Source: Psammoneis japonica
Taxonomy: Eukaryota
Assembly: GCA_008632985.1 (NCBI GenBank)
Contig: QPGO01000065.1
Span: forward strand, 1-64,000
Direction of reading: 5' to 3'
DNA length: 64,000 nt
Part shown: piece after piece, positions 1 to 12,190 of the stretch
How positions within the stretch are numbered: position 1 is the first letter of the stretch
Layout: each line of letters opens with the position of its first letter
Translations under genes and position numbers: made by a program
The notes under the pieces: model-generated
Databases searched by the model: none
What the model was told of the DNA's origin: nothing
Seen by the model: the letters and a program-made list of their open reading frames with translations, nothing else

Positions 1-10
1 CATGAACGCG

Positions 11-239
11 TCCTCTCAGTTGTACCCAAGAGTGACGTGGATGGCGTTTCAACACTGATAAGAGTGAGCTTGAAATACTTCGTTTGCGCTTATCCATGAT
101 TCCGAATGTCAAGTTCAATGAAAGAGCAGTTCAAAAAGTTATCGCTGGAGAGGGAGGATCAACAATTAACCTATTCTAAACAGTGATTCATTCGATCAGC
201 GGTTTGACAATGGCAAAAGAGACGATCTCTGTGTTTTGA
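11..239 (+). pseudogene. Degenerate 3' end of a paralog of the gene at 2421..3388
   Basis: Aligns by eye to about 3165..3388 (shared tcctctcagttgtac..caagagtgacgtggatggcg, gcgcttatccatgat..aatgtcaagttcaa, gagagggaggatcaa, terminal gtgttttga) but with small indels that break the frame. Truncated by the window edge. Confidence 0.7.
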
Positions 240-314
240 CCATATGTTTTAGGGCAAGGTATTGATGCCTCAACTTCAAGTTTAATTCTAATACTACTGT
301 ATTGTTCTCAGTAC

Positions 315-1843
315 TCATTCGACGTCGCTGGACGATTCCACATTGCCTGAAGCCCCTATATCGGGAGTAGCAGCATCTTCATTACCATCCGTAGCTTCCC
401 ATTCCGTTTTCAGGTTGGCGGACTCGTCTCCATCGCTTCGTACGGGCACTGCGATTTCGTTACGCCGAACAATTGGAATAGTATAGGGTGGGTTGTACTG
501 AAACACAACATGCGGCACAACGGCTCCATGTGGGACATCAATCTCTATGCCGTCCAACTCCAATCGTGAAAGGAGCGCATCCTTTTGACGGCATACTTCA
601 CCCTCGGTGACAAATCCCGTGAATCTTGCTACAGCCAATCTGGCCGGGGGTACATCGACAATCTTGACGGCACCCTTTTCATAGAAGCCATTTGCATCTT
701 CTTGCAATGGATCCGGGAAACCTTTCGCGTCGCTCTCACTGTCTTTTTGGAGATAAAAGCGCATTTCACCCAGTGATGTTGTGGCAACCGGTGTCGTCAT
801 GGCCATGGTCTTGCCCTCGTCATTGGCTCCAAACAGATAGGCGGCAAGTGTATTAAAGGCAGCTCCTCCACTCGCCAAATCGTCTACCGAGTAAGGCTCA
901 TCCACCTTTGCCATGTTTGTCGAGGCCACCACGTATCCTTCGTATTCCCGAATCTCATAGCCCTCTCCCTCTTGTACCACTTTGTAAGCAGGACCCACCA
1001 AACCTTGCGGTGTTTCCGAAAAGATGTTTTTCGCTTCGATTCCCACGCTTTCAATCTGCCGGGTGAGTCGTTTCGGAATGCGAGACGGGTCCTGCAAATC
1101 CCCTTGGAGCAGTTCGAGATTGCGCCTCGCTTGATTGGAGATTGCATTGAAAATACTGGTTCCTACCTTTGGAAGCAAGGTTGGCAAATCGGCCGGTGGT
1201 TGCTGTGATTTCTGAGTGGCCGAAGCTATTCCCGGTAAGATATCATTTGTCAATTGACGAGCTACGGCTCGAGTTCCGTCCTGGAGTTTCTTACTTTTCG
1301 GTGTCAAGAGAGAATCAATCTATGATACATGTGTTGTGAAACAAAGAAAGAAGCGACGGGAGAAAAATGGTAAGCGGATATACGAAGAAAAACGCTCCTG
1401 ACAAGCATGTAACACCGGATCCCATCTACAGAGTACCGCAGCAACGAGAATGCAATACCGACCTTTCCATCTCGGAGTGCAGCTTGTACGCTATCACGAA
1501 TTTCTTCATTTGCGCTCAAGAGATCACTGAGAAGGATTTGTCGTCGAGCAAGAGACGTGGCCGGGTCTAAAAGCTCATCCAAACTCGCTTGCCACGACGC
1601 CTCTACTTCTTGCCCTTGATCAGACGAAGACGTTCCTCCATTCGGTTCTTCTTCAAGGCTATCGGCAAAAGCAGAGAAGGCGTCTGCGTTTGCCGTAGCA
1701 CTGTCACCACTACTGCTCTCCGACAATGCCAACAAGGATGAAAGAGCATGGCCATGACGACACTGCCCCGTCGTTGATACAACACCAAAACCAGTCGCTG
1801 GATATACCAGCAATAGCGTCGTTGCACCAAACAACCACTTCAT
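315..1843 (-). CDS. SOUL family haem-binding protein, probably plastid-targeted; 2 exons (1843..1463, 1319..315)
   Basis: SOUL motifs YEIREY, AFNTLAAYLFGAN, MAMTTPV, MRFYL, LAVARFTG, QYNPPYTIPIVRRNEIAVPV. A GT..AG intron at 1462..1320 joins ALRDGK to IDSLLTPKSKK in frame. The N-terminus MKWLFGATTLLLVYPATG-F resembles a signal peptide plus ASAF-type motif. Confidence 0.9.
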
Positions 1844-2420
1844 GTTGTTTCTTCTCTGTTTTGTTTGATATGATAGAAATAACTCAAATCTCACAGCCAT
1901 ACAACAAAAAATTCGGACGAACTGAAACAAGGATATGAAAGCAAAGTACCACGAGGAAGTGGGCAGTCACCACAAACAGGCAGCGGTGTTCTTTCGGCCG
2001 AGAGCGAGGAAGGGTCCGCGATCCAAAGAGGAGGAGAGAGGAGAGAGGTGGTCGTTTTGGTTCGTTGCGATAACACAAAGAAGCATGTTGGCTAAAAAAT
2101 CGATGGTGCCGTCGGCATGTTGAAGTTGCATCCGCTCGATGTTTTGGATACGGTATCTTTTGATACGCGCGCGCAATTTGGATCTTTCCGATTTCCCTGT
2201 CTCCTTCGCGCTCATGACGCTCAATAACATCCAACATCACGACAATTAATCAACATGCCAGGAGTGAATGCATTGTTTACATGTAAGAGCTACAGGCTAC
2301 AGTGCTCCATTGATCATACCTGCAACTTGTAGAAGTAATGGGCAACCCCATCTCTAGTAGAGCACTCAGTACCCACAACGCTCACTGCTTCTCTACTTCC
2401 TGTCAGCGAACAACACCATC

Positions 2421-3388
2421 ATGCCCATTCAAAGGATATCTTGTAGCTCGATCCGTCGTCGTGCCTCCTTTTCCGTTGCTATTCTCTTTGCGTTGTTGTT
2501 GGGCCAAGCACCGGCATCTGTAGCTCAAACGAGTTTACCCGTCGTGGGACCATCAACACACAACGTTCGAGGTGGAGCTGCCTTTGGAAAACAAAATAAA
2601 AAGGTTGCTACAGCGGTGGTGACCTCGTCGGTGAAGCGGCAGACAGCATTCCTCTTGCCGACAGCGGAATGGACGGCAAAAGAAATTGGAATACTATTGC
2701 TGGGACTTGTTGCCGGGCTTTCTTCAGCAGCCGTCATGTGGCTAGAAAACGGCCTCTTGATTGATGTAGTTGCATGGCTGTGTGTATTGTTTGGGTCCAG
2801 TACCGTGGTCTTGCAGAGGAAACTGACTGATTTTGAGAGTACGTCCGATGCCGTTTGGTGCAACACGCTTGCTAGTTGTTTGTTTCCACGTCACTCACGT
2901 ATACGCATTGTTTAGCCTTCCGCGAGTTAAACAACGAGACGAGGGAGCAGGTTAATCTATTAAAGGCTGCCAACACGCGACTATCCAAACAGAACAAGCA
3001 GCTAGCGTCAAGCACCGCAAAGCTGGAAAAGGCGCAGTCGGCCTTGAATGAAATCAGTTCGAACCAAGGAATGACTGTGGATGCGTTGGTCAAGCAAGTA
3101 GAACAGTATAAGAAAGTTCAAGATCAGATGAAACAATCGATAAAGGCAAAGATCCGCCAGACTCTCCTCTCAGTTGTACTCAAGAGTGACGTGGATGGCG
3201 ATTTCGAGATTGATCAAAGTGAAATTGATACACTTTGTTCGCGCTTATCCATGATCCCAAATGTCAAGTTCAACGAAAGGGCATTTCGAAGAGTTATCGC
3301 CAGAGAGGGAGGATCAATAATGAACTTTTCAAACAATCATTTGGCCAGCGACTTGACAATTGCTAAAGAGAAGATCTTTGTGTTTTGA
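2421..3388 (+). CDS. Uncharacterised membrane protein: signal-like N-terminus, two hydrophobic segments, coiled coil, single EF-hand-like motif; 2 exons (2421..2838, 2916..3388)
   Basis: Intron gtacgt..tttag at 2839..2915 joins the two ORFs in frame (DFE-T-FRELNN). Heptad-rich middle region. DVDGDFEIDQSE matches EF-hand loop spacing. Confidence 0.75.
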
Positions 3389-5684
3389 TCAAATAATGTA
3401 AGAGAGCTAGGTATTGATTTGCACGCCACAAGCTATTGTTTATTCAGATTGACGATCACTTTGTTTCTGTTTTAGTCTTCAGTAAATCCGAGTCTTCTTA
3501 GGTGAGACCCTCAATTCCACAATTTTGTGGCACAGACAAACCACTTTTCTAGCTTCGTTCTTCTCTTTTACAAAAGGTTACATATCGATCCTCCCTCCTT
3601 CCTTCATATGTTTCTCTATTTTAAAAGTACAAAAGGCTGCACAGGAATACTCCCTCCTTCTTTGCATATGTCTCTGTAAAATGGAGGACAAGACGAGCTA
3701 GTCTAGAAAGGGGGGAGAGAGAGTTCGAAGCACGAGCGATTACGTGACGAGCGAAGGGAGCACCGATGATAGCGCCGCAAAAACAACGACACACAACATC
3801 GCGGAACAGAAGCGTTGAAGGCGCTCTCAAAGTACACTCGACACATACATCACACAAGGACGTCCACAGCGACGGCATGCTACATCGTTGCAAACCTTGC
3901 AGTACTATGACATTTCTCCTGAAACTGGAGGGTTTGATTGGCAACGAAGAAACCGCATGCATAGACCACCGTATTAGGAACGAGTCAAGCAACAATAGAG
4001 AGCAACAAAGACACACTCACACTTATTTGAACAGTACCAAGAGTTCCAGTCTCTCGCTCTTCCACTAGGTTTTAGTAGTTTGCCACTGAAATGGAAGGAA
4101 AGCAATAGATTCATAGGGGAAGTACAGGTATCGAAAAGGAACGCACAGTAAATATTCTCACTTGATCCCAATGCTTTGAACAATAGAGCAGTGTGCTCGC
4201 CCTTGAAGTAAGACAGCGATATCCTTGTCCAGTGTCGTCCTTCTTTCGCGACAGCTGCACGTAGCTTCTCTTCTCCGCTTTCTCTTCTTCGTGGCTTGAG
4301 CTACGGTGCCATCATTTCCACCATCAAGCGGGTTGTGCGGATTAACTACCCTCGATTGTCATCATTTTCAATGTCGGATGAGGACTGCCGTGATCCAACG
4401 GTTGTCGACACGGAGGGGGCTTGGCTTGTCCGAAACGACGTCGCATCGAATACCGTTCTGCGTCGAGTCGTGGTCGACCTATCTGTCTTTGACATTTCTG
4501 TGATTTCCCCGGCGTTGCCTCCAGCGTGCCCATCTCGAATATCATTATTGCGCTGTGGCGGGAAATTCGCTCTACGAGTCGACAGTCTCACAATTTTCTC
4601 TCGCAACTTTTGCGTGTTGGGATGGGGGCCCTTTGTTTCACTGCATGAGAACATTCGAGGGCGACGACATATTGAGATAAAAAGATTCGCCAATACAAAG
4701 GAGAAGCAGACAGTTTCTTCTTGCCTCCCAATATCGATAACTTTGAAAAGCAGAGCTCTCCCCGTTGAAGTAGTTCTTCGATAACTTTAGCCAGCTTCGT
4801 CCTTCCTTCTCTACAGCGACACGTAAATGCACGTCTTCTTTCCTCTGCTGCCCAACGCGCTGCCTGTCCTTGGCAGTTCGTGCAGCGGCAAGTCCATTTC
4901 CATGGTCGGATCCGGGCTGAGTGGAGCCAATAACAGAGGTGATGTCATTCTTTGCACCGCCAGAACCCGCATGCCCCGATCCGAGCGTTGCTGAATCCTA
5001 AATCGAGTGCCGTGTTGGGTAAAGCAAAGCAATTTTCCCAAAGAGTCGATGGATACCGAGAGAGGTATCTACGAATCATTTTCTTCCTTTGAAACCATAT
5101 TATTGGGTAACAAATATCCGGCCTATGGATCAAACAAAGGAAATTCGAATTTGGTTAGACCAAGATTCAGTTACAATATCTAATAACTACCAAAAACACA
5201 ATGCGAGATCATTGATGTTTGATAGCATTGTAGTCGATGCCTCCTTTTCAGATGCCGCTTTGCCGCAGAGCAAGAAGCAAATGAAGAACAGTCTGACACG
5301 GTGGATCTCTCAAGCTACGCGACTGCTCCAGGGAACAAGTTTGAGCCCATCGCCACGTTGTTAAAGTCGAGCGAAACTTCTAGTGGCTGTGAGGGACTTA
5401 CTCGATTTCTCTCATTTCTGCATTCATATTGTGCCAAGAATAGCAAGAAGCCAAAACGGAGAGGTGAGTTTGTATTAGCGCAGTAAGATTTCGTGCGGAG
5501 CATATGTAGCAGGTACGAGTTGATCCACGGCAGACGGAATTAAATCTTTAAAAAATTGGGATACCATTTGAGAGTATGTGGCGCAGCACTGTGCAGGTGA
5601 TCATCAAAACTCACATGATCTTTTAAAGAGCTAATGGGAAGCTCTAAAAAGGTTGCGCGACCGTTGCTCGTAGGGTCAAAGATT

Positions 5685-6194
5685 NNNNNNNNNNNNNNNN
5701 NNNNNNNNNNNNNNNNNNNNNNNNNNNNNNNNNNNNNNNNNNNNNNNNNNNNNNNNNNNNNNNNNNNNNNNNNNNNNNNNNNNNNNNNNNNNNNNNNNNN
5801 NNNNNNNNNNNNNNNNNNNNNNNNNNNNNNNNNNNNNNNNNNNNNNNNNNNNNNNNNNNNNNNNNNNNNNNNNNNNNNNNNNNNNNNNNNNNNNNNNNNN
5901 NNNNNNNNNNNNNNNNNNNNNNNNNNNNNNNNNNNNNNNNNNNNNNNNNNNNNNNNNNNNNNNNNNNNNNNNNNNNNNNNNNNNNNNNNNNNNNNNNNNN
6001 NNNNNNNNNNNNNNNNNNNNNNNNNNNNNNNNNNNNNNNNNNNNNNNNNNNNNNNNNNNNNNNNNNNNNNNNNNNNNNNNNNNNNNNNNNNNNNNNNNNN
6101 NNNNNNNNNNNNNNNNNNNNNNNNNNNNNNNNNNNNNNNNNNNNNNNNNNNNNNNNNNNNNNNNNNNNNNNNNNNNNNNNNNNNNNNNNNNNNN
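5685..6194. other. Assembly gap (510 N)
   Basis: Run of N. Contiguity across it is not verifiable. Confidence 1.
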
Positions 6195-7045
6195 GGGGGG
6201 GGGGGTGCCGGATTCGTGGTGGGCTCCGTTTGATGTTCGCACCGACCTACGCACAACATCAAAAGAAAAAGCAAGATTTAGTCAATAGTATAAACTTCAA
6301 ACCGTACATTCGCATTCTTACATATCCAATGACAACACAAGAGCTTTGAACCACAATAAAACAAAAACTAACAAGCCTTCTCACAATTTTTCCTCGGCGC
6401 AGCGGGTAGAATCGACCGGTGCAACAACCAGTGTCGATCGGAACAAGCAACAAAGCAGCGGATCAACAATACAGCAATCCACCTCACTCGCATTCTTGCG
6501 TGTTTATATGACAACATTAGACCTCGCTAAAGAAACAGAACCGAAAATCAATCGAGTACTCTTGCTTCTTCTTCCGAATGCAAAAGAGAGAAGAAATTGC
6601 AAGTGAGAAAATGGAAAAGTACATTTCAATATTTTTATACTGTTTGGAATTGCAGTACAGTAGCCCCATTTACCTCACCTTGATTATTCAAAAGAAACAA
6701 TGTTCTAGCTATCGACTGAATAAGATGAACCGAAACGAAACCCCGCCGTGCTACTTGTCGCTTGTCGGCACCCTCAAAATGCTTCAACATTTCTTCCCCA
6801 TTATTGGCAGCTGAATTTCTTTACCTTCCAAGCAATTTCAAGCAAACAACCAAGCTGGGGCATTCCTTCGAATGTTGATAATACAAAGACCTGATCGTCA
6901 GTACATGTTACGCTTACAACGACCGTCGGAACACACACTTCCCGCGTCATGGTTATTATCGCGGAGGAAGGCAGAAAAAATGTGCGACCTCGGTCGAGCG
7001 TCCGTCCGTCGAGCATGTTATGTCGAGGTCTTGCCGTCACAAGTC

Positions 7046-7343
7046 TACTACAAATTGCAAAACAATTGCGCGATACACGTGCCCGAAGCTCGAATGTCGT
7101 TGCCCGAAGCAACATTCTCCCTTCGCGCAGATGTCAATTCTACGTATGATGTGGTATCAAAATTTTCATTTTGGTCCAGTCATTTCATCAAATGACCTTG
7201 TGGTACTCTCCTACGTGATCTACGAAAATCGGAGCTTCGGGCTGGCTGGTACATTTTCTACAGGCTCTACGTGCGCGAAGCTCGAATTTCAACAATCACC
7301 CTTCGGGCACGTGAATCGCGCAATTGTCTTGCAATTCGTAGTA
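7046..7343. repeat. 43-bp imperfect inverted repeat (7046..7088 / 7301..7343)
   Basis: tactacaaattgcaaaacaattgcgcgatacacgtgcccgaag versus the reverse complement of cttcgggcacgtgaatcgcgcaattgtcttgcaattcgtagta; 3 mismatches. Confidence 0.85.
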
Positions 7344-7400
7344 CTGTACACAAAATGTTGGAACTGTTTCTACGCTCGTGCAAAAATGTCGCTCTACAGA

Positions 7401-7473
7401 CGCTAAAAAACCGTTAGACCTCGCTAAAAAACCGTTAGACCTCGCGAAAAAACCGTTGGACCTCGCGAAAAAA
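7401..7473. repeat. 21-bp tandem repeat, about 3.5 copies
   Basis: cgctaaaaaaccgttagacct repeated; later copies read cgcgaaaaaaccgttggacct. Confidence 0.9.
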
Positions 7474-7549
7474 GCTCGTGCGTGGAGGAAAGTGAGCTGC
7501 GAGGTCTGAGGTCCAGACAAAAAGTTTAGCGGCCGCAATGCGCAATCGA

Positions 7550-10500
7550 AATCACCAATCACAGCAACATGAACCATGATGAAGACATTATGACGGACAA
7601 CGCCGCGATGCATTGAGCCAATTTACTGTGCATGTGTCGACATCATTGTCGTCACCCGCAGCACGGCAATGACACCATTTGAGCATTGCATGCTCTCATG
7701 CTTGTTGCTTCAATCCCAGCCATCATGTGGAAGAAGAGCTTTGCACACTGAACAGTGACGATGACACAGCGGGCACGAAAGAGCATGACGTGTCTGCCGG
7801 TGCATTGGGGAGGGCAGTGTGTCTTCAACTGCCATCATCTCTCCTCGAAACCGTGGACGAATCTGCTGAAATTGTCTTTGAAGCGCCCGAAACATGAGAA
7901 ACGTCGATGGAACCCCGAGTGCAGCAGAAAGAGAGACAAGCCTGCAAGTTGAACCGACAAGCAAAACCGACGTGTGTTGCAGTTCGTTTTCATCACAGAA
8001 TCGTGTCTGGAATTTGTTGGGAGAGTGTCGACACGCGGCGCAACTCAAGTTGCCTTTGACACACAATGGTGCGAGACCTTGGACGAAAAGCAAGAGAGCG
8101 AAGGGAAATCGTGTGCCTCGAAACAGATGCTGATGTTTGGGAAGAGCAGCGCACTTCCAACGGAGGTGGACATGGAACTGCATTTGCAGAAACCAAGCGT
8201 TGAAAGAGCACAGGCCCGGCAACAACGAAGCGGCGAATTGCAGCTCTCAAATCGCAACGAAACAGTTCTGACCAAAGAGCAGATGCGTGGATCCCAAGTG
8301 CCTCAGATGTCCCAGAGTTGACAAAGGAAGAGTCTTCCAACACTGTCCAACTCCACGGTTGCCTTTGGGGGTCTACCCAGAGCACATTTCTAAATTCTTT
8401 CTGGGGCCACAAATGGAACATGTCTTTGTCATGCCGTGCTTCTCAGCAAGGATTGCCGCGTGGGACTCAAAAGTTCAAGGCAAAAGGCCGTCGCAGCCAA
8501 TCATGAAGAGACATGGTCCAGATTTCAGGGTCTTTGTCAAATTGCACTCTGCTCCATTGGAGGAAATGGCAACATCCAGACTGGTGAAATTGTGCATTTG
8601 GAGATCAGCGGCAAGACCGAAGGAGCAGCAGGTCTGTGGCTCCGGCAGCACGGCCGCGCGCAACTTGTCTTTTGCTCAATGTGGTGAGCACACTTTGCTT
8701 GGGAACAACAACATCGCTTGCTGTTTGCACTTTCTCACAATTGCTGCTTCACATTGCCATCAACGCTTGCTCAAACTTGGGCGAAGCTTGCCCCCTGTGT
8801 CGCTGGTGTTCTTTGTTCCTCCACTTCTCATGATTTGACCTTTCTCCTGAAGGAAATGGATTTGTTGACAAGCACTGCCCTTGGCATGAGGATCTCAACG
8901 TGTGCAACCAACAGCTCATGAGTCACCACAAAGATTTAATCCGGGAGTGCGAGAAGCTTGAGTCATCGGCAACTTGTGTTTTGATGCATGTCTACGACCC
9001 CGAGTTGTCTCAGGATTCGATCGTTCGTCCAACAAGTGCCGCATCAAGTGTCCTTTCCAAAAGCATTGAGGAAGCAAGGAACAAGCTTCAGCAAGCCTTT
9101 CTCAAGCTTTGTTCCAGCAGCGGAGGTGACGCCAGCCCACTCAGACTTGGGAAGGAGGTTTGTCATTTTCCATTGCCTTCTGGGTGCTGCATTTCCACTT
9201 TTGAATGATGCAGGATTTTTTTCGGTGAAACCAACAATTCCCGTTGTTTCATCTGTGCATGCACAATCCAGGAAGTTCAAAGCTTGGCGAGCAACGTCGG
9301 CTCCACATCTTTTGTGATGCCCAGGCTTGGCTCCGCTCAGAGGGGCACTCTGCAAGGCGAGCTGAACATTCTGAAAGACTGCAAGCGACGTCGAACGACA
9401 TTCTTCTGGGTCAAGCTCATCCTCTGTGCAGTGCAAGAACATCGTGACACACTCATCAGCACAACTGTGCAGAGCATGCAACACATTTTTCTGCCACGGC
9501 TTGGATCAGATGTCAAACCCGCAGAAAACTGAATTGTTTCTTGAATGTTTCTCATTCAACGGCTCAAGTGCTGCATCTCCCGATGAGAAGGAAAGTCAAC
9601 TGCAGAGTCGTCGTCATCGTTTGATTCCAAGAGACCAGTTGATGTGGCAGGCAAGACGTTTGGAAATGCCCGATTCTGTTGCAGGTGGTGGTCATTCACG
9701 TGTGTCTCAAACGCTCAAACGGCAAACGGCATGTTGTCTCTTGCACTCGCCCGGTGCACTCGATTGTGATTGCACCACACATGTTGACATTTGTCACACA
9801 TGTTGACATTTTTCACTGTTTCTCATTTGACACGTTTTGGCAGAGCAGCCAAACTCGGGATCCGTGCTGTGTTGTGATCTGTGCTGCTTGACTCAACTCA
9901 CACATGACTGCCATTGCTTTTCACACTTGCAGCGGCAATTTATGGCAATGCATTTTGCGGTGTGATGATGGCGGGTCTCACACTGATGCATCAAATCAGT
10001 GTTGGTGAATCATCACGCATCATGCCTTCGTGATTGGGCTTGCTTTCCTGTTTTGCGGAGTTGCCAAAAGATGCCAGTTGTGTGTGTTGTCTTGTCACCA
10101 AGGAGGTTCTTTGGCAAAAGCTGGATGCATTGCAGACTTGAACCTGGCCTCGACAGACGTCAGTTGAGCGAACCTGCTCTCAGTTTCTCTGCAATTAATT
10201 TGCAGAGGCAGTCGCCTGCTGCAAGTGCACAGCCAGACTTTGTCGCATGCCAGCTCTTCGCGAGGACGAGCCACATGAGAAGAGCCGAGGGACGGCATGG
10301 ACACGATGGATTGCCGTGCCCCAATTTCTGGCAAGCTCAAGATCAACGTGTTTTGCGTGCTGACACCGCCATGCATGCACACGCCTCCTCTGATTGCTCG
10401 CAGATGACTGAACCTTGAGCATGTTTGTTGGCGCACCAAATCTGATGTGTTCCATCTGAGTTGATCCGCCATCTCAGGCACCTTGTCGGAAGTTTGTCGT

Positions 10501-11700
10501 GATTTAAAAAATGGGAGACACACAAGATTGAGTTTGCTTTTTTAACCCCGCCCCTGTCCATCCTTTGGGACATGTCGGCCCATCATCCGGCTGTCTGTTG
10601 AGTGGCTCCGATGGATGGAATTCGATCTGAGCATTTTGGAGGAAACTCACCCGGTCGCCTTCCTCCACAAGCATCCGAAATGTGGAGGGGCGTTTGATTT
10701 GCGACAATGATTGTGGCATGCATCGTGAAGGCCCACTCGTGAAGGCCCACTCGAGTGTTTGGAAGGCACATGGAAGCCTCTCATGAGGACGATGGTCCCT
10801 TTCACATTCTGCGGCAGGGTGTGTAACCTTTGAGAACCCAAGAATCACAGTCCTCTGTGTTTCGGAAGCACTCGAGCATTTTTGGGATTTGCCTCCTTTG
10901 GAAGCTTTGGAGCTTTCTAATTTCACTCAGAACATGGAACATCGTGCTGGGATCAACCCTTCAACCACCAGGGGAGCAAATCTCCACAGGTGGAGATTTG
11001 CTCTGCTCAAGGATGTGTGACGTGTCATGCACTTTTACAATGACATGATGAACACAGTAAAAAAAAGTCATGTCGTGCACAATCTGCGTAAAGCACACCA
11101 CGTGCATTTGCTCATTGGGAGCAAATCTCCACACTGGCGGAGATTTGCTCCCAAGGTGTGGCATTGTTGCTCCATTTGTGACAGCAATTCCTGACAAACT
11201 GCATTGTCAGAGGTTGAGATTTAGTTCCTTTCTGTTCATGGATGAAGCTTGCAAAAAATCCGGTGTTAAAAGTCGACATTGAACTTTCTAAACTGCAAAA
11301 AGGGTGCCTCCAGATTTTCGGCGAGTGCGCGTTCCAGAACAAAATCACGCAAATGAAATGTCACACATGTCTGAAATTACTTCATTTGCCACATTTGTGA
11401 TGCAAGCGAGCAAATCTCCACTTGCTCAAGTCCGGTGGTTGAAGGGTTGGAGTGGTGTTGTCAGTTGCATGAGTGCAGTTTGAAGGTTGGCAGCATGATG
11501 GTTGTCTGAAACCCAAACTGAGAAAAGCATTGCTGCCAGCTGATGAGAGCCCAAATCGGCAAAAATGCCATCAGACTGCTGTCCTGCCTGACTTGACAAG
11601 CCACGCACCTGGCATTGTGTTGAGAGGAACAATGGGAGGGGCAAAGGTGTTGCGGGCAGTGCGCACAATGCTGCACTGCTCTGTCTTTAGAGCCACACTC
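7550..11700. mobile_element. TpA-depleted degenerate repeat block; possible tyrosine-recombinase (Crypton-like) remnant on + at about 8000..9530
   Basis: Near absence of TA over about 4 kb and many broken Cys/His-rich ORFs, the same signature as the identifiable transposons further on. The family call rests only on weak motif resemblance (ISGKT..., a later H..R-like segment). Boundaries approximate. Confidence 0.45.
10974..11421. repeat. Repeated palindromic motif gagcaaatctcc forming two hairpins plus a half site
   Basis: 10974..11003 has 14-bp arms and a 2-nt loop. 11115..11154 has 16-bp arms and an 8-nt loop. A single arm lies at 11408..11421. Confidence 0.85.
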
Positions 11701-12190
11701 TAGATTGCGCACCAGGTGGACGATTTCATTTCATCTGAATAAAGCCTCCAAAAGAATCTAGACTGGGGTGCATTCCGCAAGAAACATCCACGAATGCATG
11801 AGAAGCAGTGGATGGGAAAAAAAAGCATCCAACGGAAAAAATCGAGCGGCAATCGCTGTACCAGATGCTTCCAATAGGGTTTAAAAAGACTCTTCCGATG
11901 CGATTGCCACTCGATTATCAACATTAACGCCGCCGTAAACGATTTGCTCACCATGGTCGAAGTCTTTTTTTCTCGTGCAAAAAGCACAAGGATTGTGGGG
12001 TGGCGGACGAGCGTGCAAAAAATAATTTTAGTCGAATTATTCAGCTATAACGAATTCTTTTTTGTACCAAAGATGTACGTACCTTTCTACACTGATATAG
12101 CGTATTAGAGTATTGACATTATAATAAGAAATCCTTCTAGATCTTTTTGAATATTTTTCTAGTGAATGTAGATGTCATGGACGACGAGAA

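Noticed and set aside
3621..5503. Short ORFs in normal-composition DNA
   Set aside because: No recognisable domain or consistent splice structure; could be a decayed gene but unsupported.
5540..6274. Three ORFs of about 200-240 aa in the ORF track
   Set aside because: They consist of X residues spanning the N gap.
7401..7473. CRISPR-like array (also considered for 22107..22290 and 60110..60190)
   Set aside because: Head-to-tail repeats without unique spacers, no cas genes, eukaryotic context.
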